This document shows, one piece after another, positions 47,414 through 64,000 of a DNA stretch of 64,000 nucleotides. Every line of letters begins with the position of its first letter. Position 1 is the stretch's first letter. The notes beneath the pieces are model-generated. The model had not been told where the DNA came from. It worked only from the letters and a program-made list of their open reading frames with translations, and did not search any database. The position numbers and the translations under genes are program-made. The stretch is from the human T2T-CHM13v2.0 reference genome, Homo sapiens: NCBI RefSeq assembly GCF_009914755.1, contig NC_060927.1, one strand, 5' to 3'.

Positions 47414-49689
47414 TCACATACACAGAGCTCAGCAGAAGAGACACGTGAAAGAAACAGACTCTAAAACCTAAAACGTCACTAAGGACACCACCTAATTTCT
47501 TCTGGATGGTTGGACTCCCTTTACCCTAGAGGTAAGGAAAGAGGCTCACAGGCCAGGTGATCCCAAAGTGGAGACAAAAGAGCAAGCAGGCAGGTAAAGG
47601 GCCTTACTAACTGAGCACTGGCCTGGCTAAGGCTCACCTCTCTGTCCTCATCTCCCCCGCACTCATGCCAGAGACTTATTCCCACAGCCATATCTGTGCT
47701 CCTGCTGGACCCCTGTATGAGATGCCCTCTTCTTTACTTCCTTTCCAAATCCACACCAACATTCAGAACTGGTTCAAGTCCTCTTCTTCCAGGGAGCTTT
47801 TCTCACTGCAAGATCTGACCTTTCTTGGCCCCCAGTAGCCCAGCCAATGACACTGACAAATACTATGTGCTCCTTCCTCCCCTCCCTGTTTCTTGGTGAA
47901 TGAGCCTCATCTCCTGGGTGGGCTGAAAGCTGGTTCAGGGCAAAGACTATCCTACTCTCTGTATGTCTCAACACCCAGCCTGGAGTTCATGCTTATAAAG
48001 TAATATTCAATTCCTTATTAACTGGGACAAAAGATGTTGGATGGGAGAAGGCTCAGCTGCTTCCAGAAAGACACTTGTGCTTCAAAGCTTAAGGAAGGCA
48101 GGAGGCAGGAGGAAGGAGGGAGGCAGAGAGGTAGGGAGGGGGAAGAAGCACTCACTAAAAGCTTATGGAATACACAGAAGAGCTGAGCATCAGAACAAAG
48201 ACTCATTTAAGAGGGCAAAGGAAACACTAGATGGCTGTTAATGGTGAACTGAATATGATAAATTATTTCTTAAATTACTTGGTTTCACTCCTTGTTGTTA
48301 TGTACAGTTAATTGGAGGGAACAAAATCCTGCTGCAGAGAAGAGCTCAGAGCTGTGCCTGCCTGGATGGGGGAGTGATGGGGGAGCCTTGGAAGCCCCCT
48401 TACAGTCTCAGATTTTTCATTTCTCCAGGACCTCATAGCCATGATCAAGGGCTGACAAACCACCATTCACCCTCCAGCTTCCTCCGGTGACCCAGGTCCT
48501 TTTACCTATGCTCTGGTCCCCTAGCAGGCTTGGGTCATTGGCAGCCCAGGTAGCCCAAGGGAGAGAGAATCAGAGGTGAGCTGAGTGGCCAGAGGTCATC
48601 TAAAGGATTCCCCAGACTTTGAACACCAACCAGGCCCCAGCTGTCTCTCACCTGAAAGAAAGCTAGATGGCTTCAACAGCAGATTTCATCTCAGTTCAAA
48701 AACTTGGATTGTGACTCTTTTTTCCCTTATGTTTCATATATATGTATACACACACACACATACATATATATGTAAACACACACACACGCACACACTGAGA
48801 CACACTGAGGTACACTGAGTTTTTACCAAATTTTAAAGCACTTAGTGGAGAAAGGGGTCAAAGGAGACATACAGAGTAAGACACAGTTTCTGCCTTCACT
48901 TACTTGGGAAGACAGATACAAGTAGATTGAATTTATTATGGGCTGCATAGAAAAAAAAAAGTCGTTCTAACACTTAATTTAACACAAAGAATCTGTTAGA
49001 GTTTGGAATTTTATTAATAATCCTGTGGCCAAAGGGAGAAGAGGCAGGCAAAGTGAGCCTGATAACATTGTCAGCAAAGGAAAGAAATTTAGGAACATGT
49101 AGAGCTGTGTGACGGACCAGGATTTCACACAAAATGTTTACATGAAAATTAATTAATGAGGCTTGGAGAGTTTTAGTTACATTATATAGGAGACAATATT
49201 AAAATGTTGAAGTCCACTTGTCTACAAGATAGTTTAATAATTACTATCAAAAGGCATTTTTATAATTATAGAAGTAGAAAAAAGAAAAGTTATAAGATGT
49301 AGCATAGGTGTAAGTTTGAAGACCATGTCACTTTTTCTAAACAATATTTAAATTTACATTTAATCTTATGTTTAGAAACTATTCTCAACCTTCAGTTTTA
49401 TCACAAGAAAATGTTTTTAATTGCTATATTCGTTTGAATACACTTTTGAATAAATAAATATTATCTCAGGAGAAAAAGCTTTTTCACAAGTCTGTTAATT
49501 AGAGGCTCACTGTCTCTTCTTGCAGTCAGAAGTCAACAGTAACACCACATAAATGGTGTTGAGATACACACACACACACACACACACACATATAATTATA
49601 TATAGCAAAATCAAAATGCTAACAAAGAAAGTAATATGAGATAATGGTTTTTATATTAAAAAACTGTGGTGCTTAAAGAAGAGCCTAGA

Positions 49690-52430
<2,741 letters not shown>

Positions 52431-52594
52431 TAAACCAAGTTTCCATACTTATGAGGACTGTTTCTTAGTTTTTACACACTCAAAACATCTACTCACACCT
52501 CCCACAAGACACTTTTGAATGCAGCAGACTTAAGGCCTGGGGAGGTGATGGCAGAAATTGCATTACAGAAATACAAACAATTTCAAATCAAATA

Positions 52595-52824
52595 CAGTTA
52601 GAGCATTCATAATCTAAAAAATCTGAAGTCAGCAATGCTCCAAAATCTGCAACATTTTGAGCACTGATATGACATTCAAAGGAAATGCTCACTGAAACAT
52701 TTCAGGTTTCATATTTTCAGATTAGGAATGCTCAACCGGCCTGCAAATATTCCAAAATCTTTAAAAATCTGAAATCCAAGGTACTTCTTGTCCCAAGTAT
52801 TTTGGATAAGGGATACTAAACCTG
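52595..52824. mobile_element. Tigger4a/MER46-like TcMar MITE
   Basis: TA|cagttagagcatt ... gatactaaacctg|TA. Confidence 0.8.
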
Positions 52825-54443
52825 TATTGCACACTTGATCTTAGCAGTTCTTTGGTCACCCCACTCCAAAGCTCCAGGCATCATATAATCTCATTGGCTT
52901 CTCCCTTAACCCTTCCCCTCTCTCTCCCACACTTGCACCCAGGATCTCTAATTCTTCTTGCTCATCATGCCCAGCAATTCAGCTTTCTCCCGTCCCCCTA
53001 CCCAAACCCAGTCAATATTCAAATCCATGTAGACGCTCTGAATAATGACAGACATTTTACTTAATAAGAGCCTTCCTTCTCAGAAGGTAGTGATTTATTA
53101 TTATATGTAGAATTAGAAGCAATCAGGAGAATATTTTAATATCAAATACTGCACAGAGTGTGGCTCATTCCAGAGCAGTAGTTTCTAACCAGCAGTGAGC
53201 ATCCAACTTCTCAAAAGCCTCTCTGCAAATCCTCTTAATCAGACCTCCTACCATGGATTTGGATCCACAAGTATTTCTGTTAAGCTAAAGAGAAAACAAA
53301 AAGAAATTACTGTTGCTGAGTAGGTTGTGATCACTCAAAAAGGAGAAAGAGTGGGTTTCCACTCCACTCTTGACTTCCTAGTCCAGCCCTCCTAATTTGT
53401 CTGAAATGTTGCCATGGTTTCTTCTCTAGCCAGTTGGCCTGCTATTCCTCCTCCCGCTCCACTGGCCCTGTACACGCCACATCTGAGACCAGGGCTGCTC
53501 AGAAGACTCGGAGGGCTCCCCATTGGCACTGGATAAGAATTCTATCACCTGAACAAGTCACTTTACCCCTCTATGCCTCAGTTCCTTCATTTGTAAGTTG
53601 TAGATGGTAGTAATTTGTAGGCAGTCATGAGGTTGATACGGGAATGAAGAGTCAATATTTGAAAACCCTTTAGAACATTGCTTGATACATCATAAGTGCT
53701 CAACAAATGCAAGCCATTACCACTGTTAGTGTTGTTTGTGTTTTCTCTGGTTTTGATCACACCTCTTTGCTCTGCAAGTAAAGCTGCAGAATATGGCCCT
53801 ACCTTCACCTGCCTTTCCAGACTCATTTCCCACTGATACCCAAATTGGAACATCTCCATCACCCAACAACATGCCTTGGAGCTTCCCCTTCTGCGCTTAG
53901 CTTACTCTGTAACTTCTACTTGGAATGCATGTTTTTCTTTCTCTCTACATATTGATTAATCAGCAGATAAGCCATTCTTTCAAAGGCATAGCTCAAGTTT
54001 ACCTCCTCCATGGACTTTTCTCTTCTTGCCACCATCCCATATTAAATCTGCATCATCTCTCACCAGGAATATTTGAATGGTCAGACCATCTTCAGCCTCT
54101 CCCCACCAATATTACTATTCTCAATGCTTTCAGAAAATTATTTTCCTTTTAGAAGAACATACATTCACTGATTGTCTATGATGTGCCAAGCACTGTTGGA
54201 ACCTTCTGCAATATTGCAACTACCCACATACAACAGGTATTACTATCCCCATTTTACAGACAAGAAAACTGATGCTCAATGCCAAGATCACAGAGCTGGT
54301 GGTGGAGAGGCCAGGATCCATGACCACATCTGCTTCCTGCAGAACCCACACTTCTTCCACCACAGTCATCTCTGCTCCAGGTTTGCCATTTTTGCCACTT
54401 CTACCGAACACCTGTATAACTATTAACTTACTATTTTTATTTA

Positions 54444-54831
<388 letters not shown>

Positions 54832-54899
54832 TCATAAACAGAAAGTAATATAAAGTGAAATGAAGATAATTTGATTTTATTAAATTTAAACATGATAAG

Positions 54900-55405
54900 G
54901 AAGGATAAAGAAAAGCTCCCTAATGTGGTTTGTGGACCCAGCGTGCTTTGGCCCTGTCCCCTCCAGCCTCGGCCCCTCCGCTCTCTGCCTTGCCCTTCCA
55001 CAGCAGCCTTCTTTCTGTCCTTAGTGCTTGCCATGTCACTGCCACAGGGTATTTGCACATGCCACTCGACCTAAAACCTTCTTCCCCATCATGTTTACTT
55101 ACCTCCTTCTAGCCTTTCAAAGGTCAGCCTCGGGAAACCTTTAAAGAACTTCTAATTGGGCCAAATCCTCTCTACCTCAGGCCTCAGGGCGCTGTGGGTC
55201 TCTCCTTCATAGCACTTTTCCCAGGGACAGTTTTGCATTTGTTTGTGAAATTGATTAGCCTCTGTTATGTAAATTCACCAGGGCTATGACTATTCCTGGT
55301 TTTGCTCACCATTGAATTTCCAGAATTTAGCATGGTGCCTGACACACTGTAGGCATTTAATAGTATTTGCTGAATGAAGAAAAGAGTGAATGAGTGACTG
55401 AATGG
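54900..55405 (+). mobile_element. L2 3' end
   Basis: gcatggtgcctgacacactgtaggcatttaatagtatttgctgaatgaa tail. Confidence 0.7.
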
Positions 55406-57685
55406 TTCCCAGATTTTTGAAATCTAAGTAGTAAAGTGCAATTCCATGTGGATGTAACTTTTTTCTTCCCTAATCAACACCTGTGTTTCTGACTTGATTA
55501 TGTGGTGTGAGAGATATTGTAAGCTTTCTCCGGTGAGGTCACCACTGCTTCCTTTGACCAAGGAGGCACAGCTGGGTATGGTGCTCACAAGTTTTGAGAG
55601 TCAGTGCTTTCTGAATCTTCTGAGTCCTCCAGATACTGCCATCTCCATGGTCCATCCTTTGCAGATCTGTGTCATCCCATTCACACAAGACTGTGACAGA
55701 TAGGCAGGGGCTTCCATATGGAAAAATAAAGATATAACTAACAAGGTTTAAAACAGCCTTCCATGATTCTTTTAGACTTCACATTTCATAAAACACCAAA
55801 AAAATTTGATCATTTCTCTGCCAAGTCTGCATAGTGTTTCTCCAAAGTCTCTCTATCTCCACTGCCAATCTCTAAGTCAAGCTCTTGTCCCTGGCATCTC
55901 AACCATTCTAACAGACCCCTCCAGCCTTTGTCTTCTCTAATGGATTCTCTAACAGGCACAGTCCTAAATTCATATATGGGCAGGTTGCCTCTTAGCTGAA
56001 AAACTGGGAAGTCTCCCAACTCCCATTTCCCCACAGATCACATCAAGGCTTCCCCAGCAAAAATTTAAAACCCCCTTAGTGCAGACCCCACCCTGCCCAT
56101 TCAGCTTCTTTGCTCAACAGAAGAGAAAGCCGCTTGTTGTTCTGTGGTCACCCTGAGATTCAACCCAGGCCTGCAGCTCACGTATGGCCCACATCACACC
56201 CACACCAGCACCAGGCCCAGGGGACCAGGCAGAAGGAGAACCTGAGCGACTCAGTGTTAGTCCCCACAGCTGAGGAAGCTCTCAGAGGTGCAGACAACCC
56301 TTGCTGCTGGGTGCTCGTAAATGCTGGAGGAGGCATCAACTTAGGCACAACTCACAGTAGGTGTGAATGAAAATATCTCTTTCTGCTTTCTTTGAGAAAA
56401 AAAAAAATACCAACTCACATTGAAAGAATAGAATCATTTACATTACATGGATCCTGGGAAAACCATGGAAAACTGCACTCAGGGAAAAGAATGGCAGAAA
56501 CAAGGGGAATCACCTCCAGAGGCAAATTGGTTTCTAAAACCATCTCTCCAGGAAGGGAAGTTAATGGGGAAGCAATTCAACAAAAGACCCAGAACCACTG
56601 CAGACAACTGTGATTCAGTGATGTCGGTCATGGAGCCACAGCTGCAATACGCTCTTACTGCGGAGCCCAGGCAAGTCACAGAACCTCTCTGAGTCTGTGA
56701 TACAGAGATGGTAAACTAAACATCATCAGAAAAGTGGGAGGATAAGGAAAGATATGTGAAGAGGTGTTATAAACTGTAGCCTGGTTTCAAGTGTATATGA
56801 GCTCAAGAGAGACCTCTGGGGGCTTTTTGGGTTTTCTGGAGGTGGTTGCTTCTGGCAGAGAGGGGATTACAGATAAATCAGGTCAGATCCAGAATTTTGT
56901 CCCCACCTTTGATGATTCAGAAACATTTCATTTATTTAAGAAAATAGTCCTGACTGATATCCAGGGCAGCTTTTCCCCAACATCATGCTACCAAGGAAAC
57001 CAAATTAATAACCAGAGATTTACTTACTGGGGGTGGAAGCTGAGCCAAAGGAGACCAGATAGTCAGAGACACACTTTTTTTAAAACCACAACTTACACAG
57101 AGCCTGAAATTTCTGATACAGTGGAGAAATGGTCTATCAAAACCAGGGTGAGATACCACAGAACACCAGACACAGTATCTCACTCTGTTTGTCGGTAGCA
57201 GAACAAACCCTGTAATTGGTTTTCTTCAATTTCAGGAGAAATCCTTTGTCTGCCCTTTCTGTAGATGTCTACCTGTCTGTCTGCATTTTCCACTAGTATG
57301 ACACAGTTTCCAAGGCTACAGTTTATGCTGTGGTTCTTGGTTTTCTTCCTTATCTTCCTAATTCAGAAAAACCCTAATCTGATCAACCACATGTTTAACA
57401 AGCCTTCTCTGAGTTCAGCTTTCCATGTATTACGGAAATTCTTATTATCCAGGAATGTCACTTCCTGACCTGTTGGAGAAATTCAGAGTGCCTTCTTTTG
57501 TACTTTAATTACATTTCCAAGTAATTCAGAAAAACAGACTTGGAAAATGGCTTGAATTTGGCTCCAATATGAACAGAGCACTGTGAGGAGAGAAGGACTG
57601 AAAAAGCAGCAACATTGAGCACCAAGGTGGCCAGTGCCTCCGGGGCCCATCTTCCTGGTACCTTTAGGCATCAGTGTTTCTGTGT

Positions 57686-57730
<45 letters not shown>
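57686..57730. repeat. (TG)n microsatellite
   Basis: Direct. Confidence 0.95.
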
Positions 57731-57732
<2 letters not shown>

Positions 57733-57790
57733 TCCTCATCCGTGGTCTCAGGAAAGAGCAGCAGACATCTGATTTATGGCAAATTTTTTA

Positions 57791-58230
<440 letters not shown>

Positions 58231-60675
58231 CCACAAGGGACAAGTGTGGCCCCATCCAGCCTCAGGTGTTCCAGTGAGCCGAATGAAGCTGACACGTAGT
58301 GCAAAAGGAGATGGCATTAACTTAGAACTGTGGGATTGAGCAAAAGATGAAAGTACCAACTTGGGCCAACCCTGGCCTGTTTGGAACTGGGAGTACTAAG
58401 GGGGAAATGACAGTCCCTGCTGCCTACTCTGTGGGACCACATCTGGACCACTACAGGATGCAGAATTCCTGGAACTTTTACTGGGTGTAAAGCGCATTTG
58501 TTTCCACAGAGCAAGAGGAAATTAGCTTCATTCTCAACAAAGTGCACAAGTCTTCCTGGCCCACTAAGGCATCCTTTTTTCTTAATGGTTTAATGGGCCC
58601 TGGGTAAACAGTGGGTGAGCCCCTGACTTAAATGGAAAGGTCTGAGATTATGTAATACAGCCCTGCCGAGCTAATAAGGCAGGGTGGGGAGCTGCTTCAG
58701 AGCTATTGCTTTTATACGAACAACCCAGTGGATTGTTTTACTGGAACAAGCTTTGACATAGGTTTCATTTACTAAGGGAGGAAAATTTCTCTGAAAGTAG
58801 GGAATCAGCAGACATAATATATGAAAGATACAGTGGTGAAGCAGCATATAGTTAGTTAAAATGTGTCATGCTACACAGTGACAATGGTGATGGCTCAAGG
58901 ATGGGGTGGGGGTCAGGAAAGGAAAACCAGGAAGGAAGAACTGTGGACCCAGGGTCAGGATCCTGGGCTGTCATGTAACATCTTCCAATAAATGTGATCT
59001 TGGGGGAGACCATTTTGGGCCTTGGTTTCCACATCTGCGAAATGTTATTATAGCCATGAACACTTACTGAAAGCTTACCCCATATGCCAGACACATCTTC
59101 CAATCAACTTATGTGAGTTATCTCATTTAATTTTCACAACAATACAAAGTAGCGGGGAAAACTTCTGGCTTCTCTTGAAAACTCAGAAAATCTAACAATG
59201 TTGAGTATGAGTCCAAAATGTCAGCAAGAAGCCAGAGCTGAATAGGGAAGGCTGTTTTAGATGAGACCATTAGCCACAGACCTCACCACTCTTCTTACTG
59301 TGCTACTTATTTCCTTTATAGTACCTGAGTGGTTCCTGCTGCGTGTGGGTTTGTGGCCCCTGCATTAGATGGCCTTCATGATTCCTCTTCACCCCTGAGC
59401 TTTGATGTTTTTTGCTCCATGTCACCTTCACCAGAGTGGTCAGGCCATTCTTCAATATTCAGACCTAGGCAAAAGGTGCATGACTTTGAACTCCCCTAGT
59501 TAAGTTAAGGCTTCTAGAAAGAACAGGCTTTGGGAGCTGAGGAAGGGTGCTCACTGTGCCCTATAAAATAGAGTTTCAATAGACACTGGGTCCTCTGTGG
59601 CCTGACCTCCCCTGTGTCAGCAACTTGAGTCTCACTTGAATGGGGAAAGAAAGTAATAGAGAAATGAACAAGGAAATTCTGAAACCCTCAAGACAAACAA
59701 GGACCCTCCTATCATTAAGGTAAAGCCAAGTGTGACCCTAAGGCAAGTTACTTAACCTCTGCGTCTCAGTTTCCTCATCTATAAGTTAATGACAACCTCT
59801 ACCCCATAAGGGAGCTTGAAAGAAAATCCAAAAAAGAAAGAATCTCTTTGAGTTGCTAATGACTCTTAAGTTTCTGGTTCTAGTCCTTTGACCATCATGA
59901 CAGTCCTATGGTTTTACGAAAGAACTATCCATCTCTATTTAAAAAACAAAAAACACAAAGACCTTTTTTGCTTAAGCTAACTTGTGTTGGGTTTCATCCA
60001 CCAGGAAGTTAGAGAGAGAAATTACTTAGAGATAAACTTACACATTACAAATCCTTCTGTTCTGTGTGCTTTTAAAAATGTTCAATTTCTAAATGGGCCT
60101 CTGGTGAAGATAATGATCACCTCATTGATTTGTTCCCAGGAGAACAGGGTAAAATGAAGTCCTGCTGATCACATTTCTAAATCTTTTTAGTCCCATTGCT
60201 TTGGGAAAGTTTCTACACCAGTCATCCTTCTACAGCCTCCCTCTTTCCCACTGTTCCTTCTCTGCAACCACCAGGAAAGGAGGAATCCCAGAGCAGTCTT
60301 GCTCCATGACCATCAGGTCCTTTTCACTCATAATCCTCTTAGACCACATTCTCTAGGAATGTACTCATTCTTCAATGGGTGCCTCCACTGAGGAAGGTGC
60401 CCTATTCATCTGGAGACCAACATGTTCAGAGCTGCTAGTATCTGCCTCCTTCTGGCTCTTCAACATTGCATTCAATCTAAAGAGCTCCCCCTACCTTCCC
60501 ATAATTGTTATTTTAGTTTAAATAAGAAAGAGCTGGTTTCTGTTGTTTGCAACCCAAGAACCCTAAATCCAATATGGCACCTTAGTGGTGAGGACAAGGG
60601 GGTAGATGGTAAAAGGGAGATATTGATATTGAATTGTCAAGGAAAGCCTTTCTGAGGAGGTGAAATTTGTGCTGA

Positions 60676-61174
<499 letters not shown>

Positions 61175-61236
61175 TCACTAGGCTGCAGCAGACTATTTCA
61201 GTTTTGTGATACAATGAAAGCCACAGGAGGGCTTAA

Positions 61237-61591
<355 letters not shown>

Positions 61592-61901
61592 TGCTGGCTG
61601 TCTTAAGAATCAACTGTTAGGGACAGGTGTAAAAATGAAAAGATCAGTGGGGACACTGTTGCAGGAGTGCAGGCTGGAGGTGACCATGGCTTGGGTGTGA
61701 GCTATGGCAGTGAAGATGGAGAAAGGCAGATAGATTTGTGAAACCATTTCAAGAAAAAGCTGTCTTACATAATTTGCTGATGTGGATTGTGAGGGGAAGA
61801 GTATAATCAAGGCTGAGTCTTGGATTTTGGACTGAACAACAGCATAAATGCATTTGCCATTTGCTGGGATGGTGAAAACTAGAAGAGACATGTTGTTTAA
61901 A

Positions 61902-62389
61902 GTATTAGTCATCTACTGCTGTGTAAGAAATGACCTCAAAACTTAGTGGCTTAAAATAGCCATAAGTGTTTACCATCTCACAGTTTCTATGGGTCATGAA
62001 TTCCAGAATGGATTAGCTGGGTTCCTCCAGCTCATGATCTCTCCTGAGGTTGCAGTCAAGATGTTAGCTAGTTGGTCTTGGTTGGGACTAAAGGGTCTGC
62101 TTTGCAGGTGGCTCACTCATGAGGCAAGGTTGTACTGGCCATTGGTGGGAAACTGCCATTTCTCCCTACCGGGACCTTTCCACAGTCTGTTTGAGTGTCC
62201 TATACAAGTGATGTAAGAAAGTAAGGCAAAAGCCACAATGTCTAGCTTTGGAAGTCACACTTTTTGATTTGCACAATATCCTGTTAGTTATACAGATCAG
62301 CTGCCTTCATTGTGGGAGGAGACTACACATGGGCATGAATACTAGGAGCTGAGAATCACTAGAGGCCATTTCAATGGACCGTCACCACA
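61902..62389 (-). mobile_element. MLT1 (H/G-like) MaLR LTR
   Basis: aaaacttagtggcttaaaa...ctcacagtttct...ggagactacaca...accaca. Confidence 0.7.
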
Positions 62390-63440
62390 CCATCCACACT
62401 GCTGCCAGAAGGAAGTGCCGACAGAGCCAGCAGATGCGTCAGGGAGGCCAGTCTAATAAAGAGGAACTGAAGAATATGCAGGAATAGGAGTGGAATGATC
62501 AGTTTCAGAGAGATACAAATGGATCAAAGGGAATGATTCCAGACACATGGAATGGAGACTTCAGTGGAGCTGGGTGTTCCCCATTGAAGTGTGAGCTGAG
62601 CTGGACAGACCCTGCTTCTGCCTTACATACTGAGTGGCCCACCAGGCTTTATGAACGGTGATGCAGTGAGGTGACCACAAGAAAGAAGAGGGAACCCCGA
62701 AACTGAAGATGTAAAAAGAAATCAATCCAGGCTGCTAATCAGGTTTAAGATGCAAGTATCTCTCCCTCCCTCCTTCTCTCTCTCTCTCTGTGTGTGTGTG
62801 TTGTTGTTGTTGTTGTTGTATTGAGTGGGAGTAGAGTTGGGGAATGAGCCAGAGATCAACCATGTTGGAGAGGAACAAACAAAGGACAAGGAGGCATTGA
62901 AATATGGGGCAGATCCATACAATACTGATACAACCAAGTGGAAGTCCTGCAATTAACCCTGCGATTTTTGCAGCCTGGCCATGCAGAGCACAGCTTTGTG
63001 TTTGAGGTTTGTACTGAGTCTCTTGGAGCAAGGATCTATAGAGCCACATGTCATTTTCCAGCTGTGAGACCACTTTCCCCTTGACAGGTCAAGGTGGAAT
63101 TCAGTCCCCTGCATTTTTGTACCCCTACCCGTTTCTTTCCGCACCTGGACAACTACAGCAAGACCAGTAGAGACACATCCCATTGAGAAACACAAGGCTC
63201 TGCCTACCACACACACACAAGTGTTTAATGTGAAACCACCCCAAACACAGTACATAGTGACTAATGCGCAGTAAAAGACAGAAGCTGAGTATCTTTGGAA
63301 GGGAGGATGGGAAAATTAACATCACAGGCATTCATCCATCTCTCCTCTTTCCTGTCCTGTCCTGTCCTCTTTTCATCGCTCCTTTCTCCCCTATTCCCTC
63401 CTCTTTCTTCTTCCTCCCTTTCTCTCCCTCCCAGTGCCTT

Positions 63441-63504
<64 letters not shown>
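63441..63504. repeat. (TC)n(CA)n microsatellite
   Basis: Direct. Confidence 0.95.
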
Positions 63505-63506
<2 letters not shown>

Positions 63507-64000
63507 GTCCTGTCCTTTACAGGATTCACTCATCTTGCAAGGCTGGCTAATGGCACAAGCATGTCTGGGGCCCATATTTCTAGCTTACAGCTTCTTCCAC
63601 AGGGACAGGGCTGTCTCTCTCTCAGTGCCTGAACCTTCTTAGGGACTCCTCAAGGAATGTGGATCAAGTATTGAGGAAAGTAGTAATCTCCCCAAGACAC
63701 TCTGAGATCCAAGACTTTTCTCCTAAGAGCAGGCATCACACAAAGGAGACACCATTTGCCCATGTGACCTGAAGGGGTCTAACTTCATCCCTGAGGCGAC
63801 CTCACACTCGTTCTGGACACTGGCACTTCAGTGAAGCCTAGTTGATCAAATTTGATGAATCTTACCTTAAAAATGCAAAGAGCAGGCTCTGTGAAGCCAC
63901 AGAGCCCGGGGCTGCTCTCTCAGGGAGCCAAGGTGCCCTCTTGCTCCAGGCCCAGCCTTGAGGAGAAGTTTTCTTAATAAAGGACCACATCCCAAACCTG

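Noticed and set aside
46748-48581. Four good plus-strand donors (46751, 47229, 47532, 48576) suggesting an antisense lncRNA
   Set aside because: No convincing matched acceptors or promoter; compatible with chance without transcript data

Overview
Human-type (primate) genomic DNA containing the 5' part of SCN11A (voltage-gated sodium channel Nav1.9) on the minus strand. Five coding exons can be read directly (26520-26254, 23064-22946, 21669-21568, 3096-2968, 1674-1580). They splice in frame to give Nav1.9 residues 1-237 (N-terminus to domain I S4). The intron between coding exons 2 and 3 is a minor-spliceosome AT-AC intron. Two probable 5'-UTR exons lie at 36581-36441 and 29917-29787; the second sits in an ancient L2. 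The rest is intronic and rich in repeats: a full-length L1PA3-like element with TSDs (8388-14561), a solo LTR12C about 600 bp from the first coding exon, a twin-primed L1PB, about 16 Alus, MaLR/ERVL LTRs, L2/MIR and microsatellites. There are no prokaryotic features. The most interesting unexplained signals are: (i) the L1 antisense ORF0 is intact, faces the SCN11A direction and has a donor in phase with the next SCN11A exon; (ii) the spliced 5' leader is a 93-codon stop-free frame in phase with the Nav1.9 ATG; (iii) a locally duplicated ~150 bp segment inside an old L1, and an L1-Alu chimeric insertion. Repeat subfamily names are from memory of consensus sequences, not from a search.
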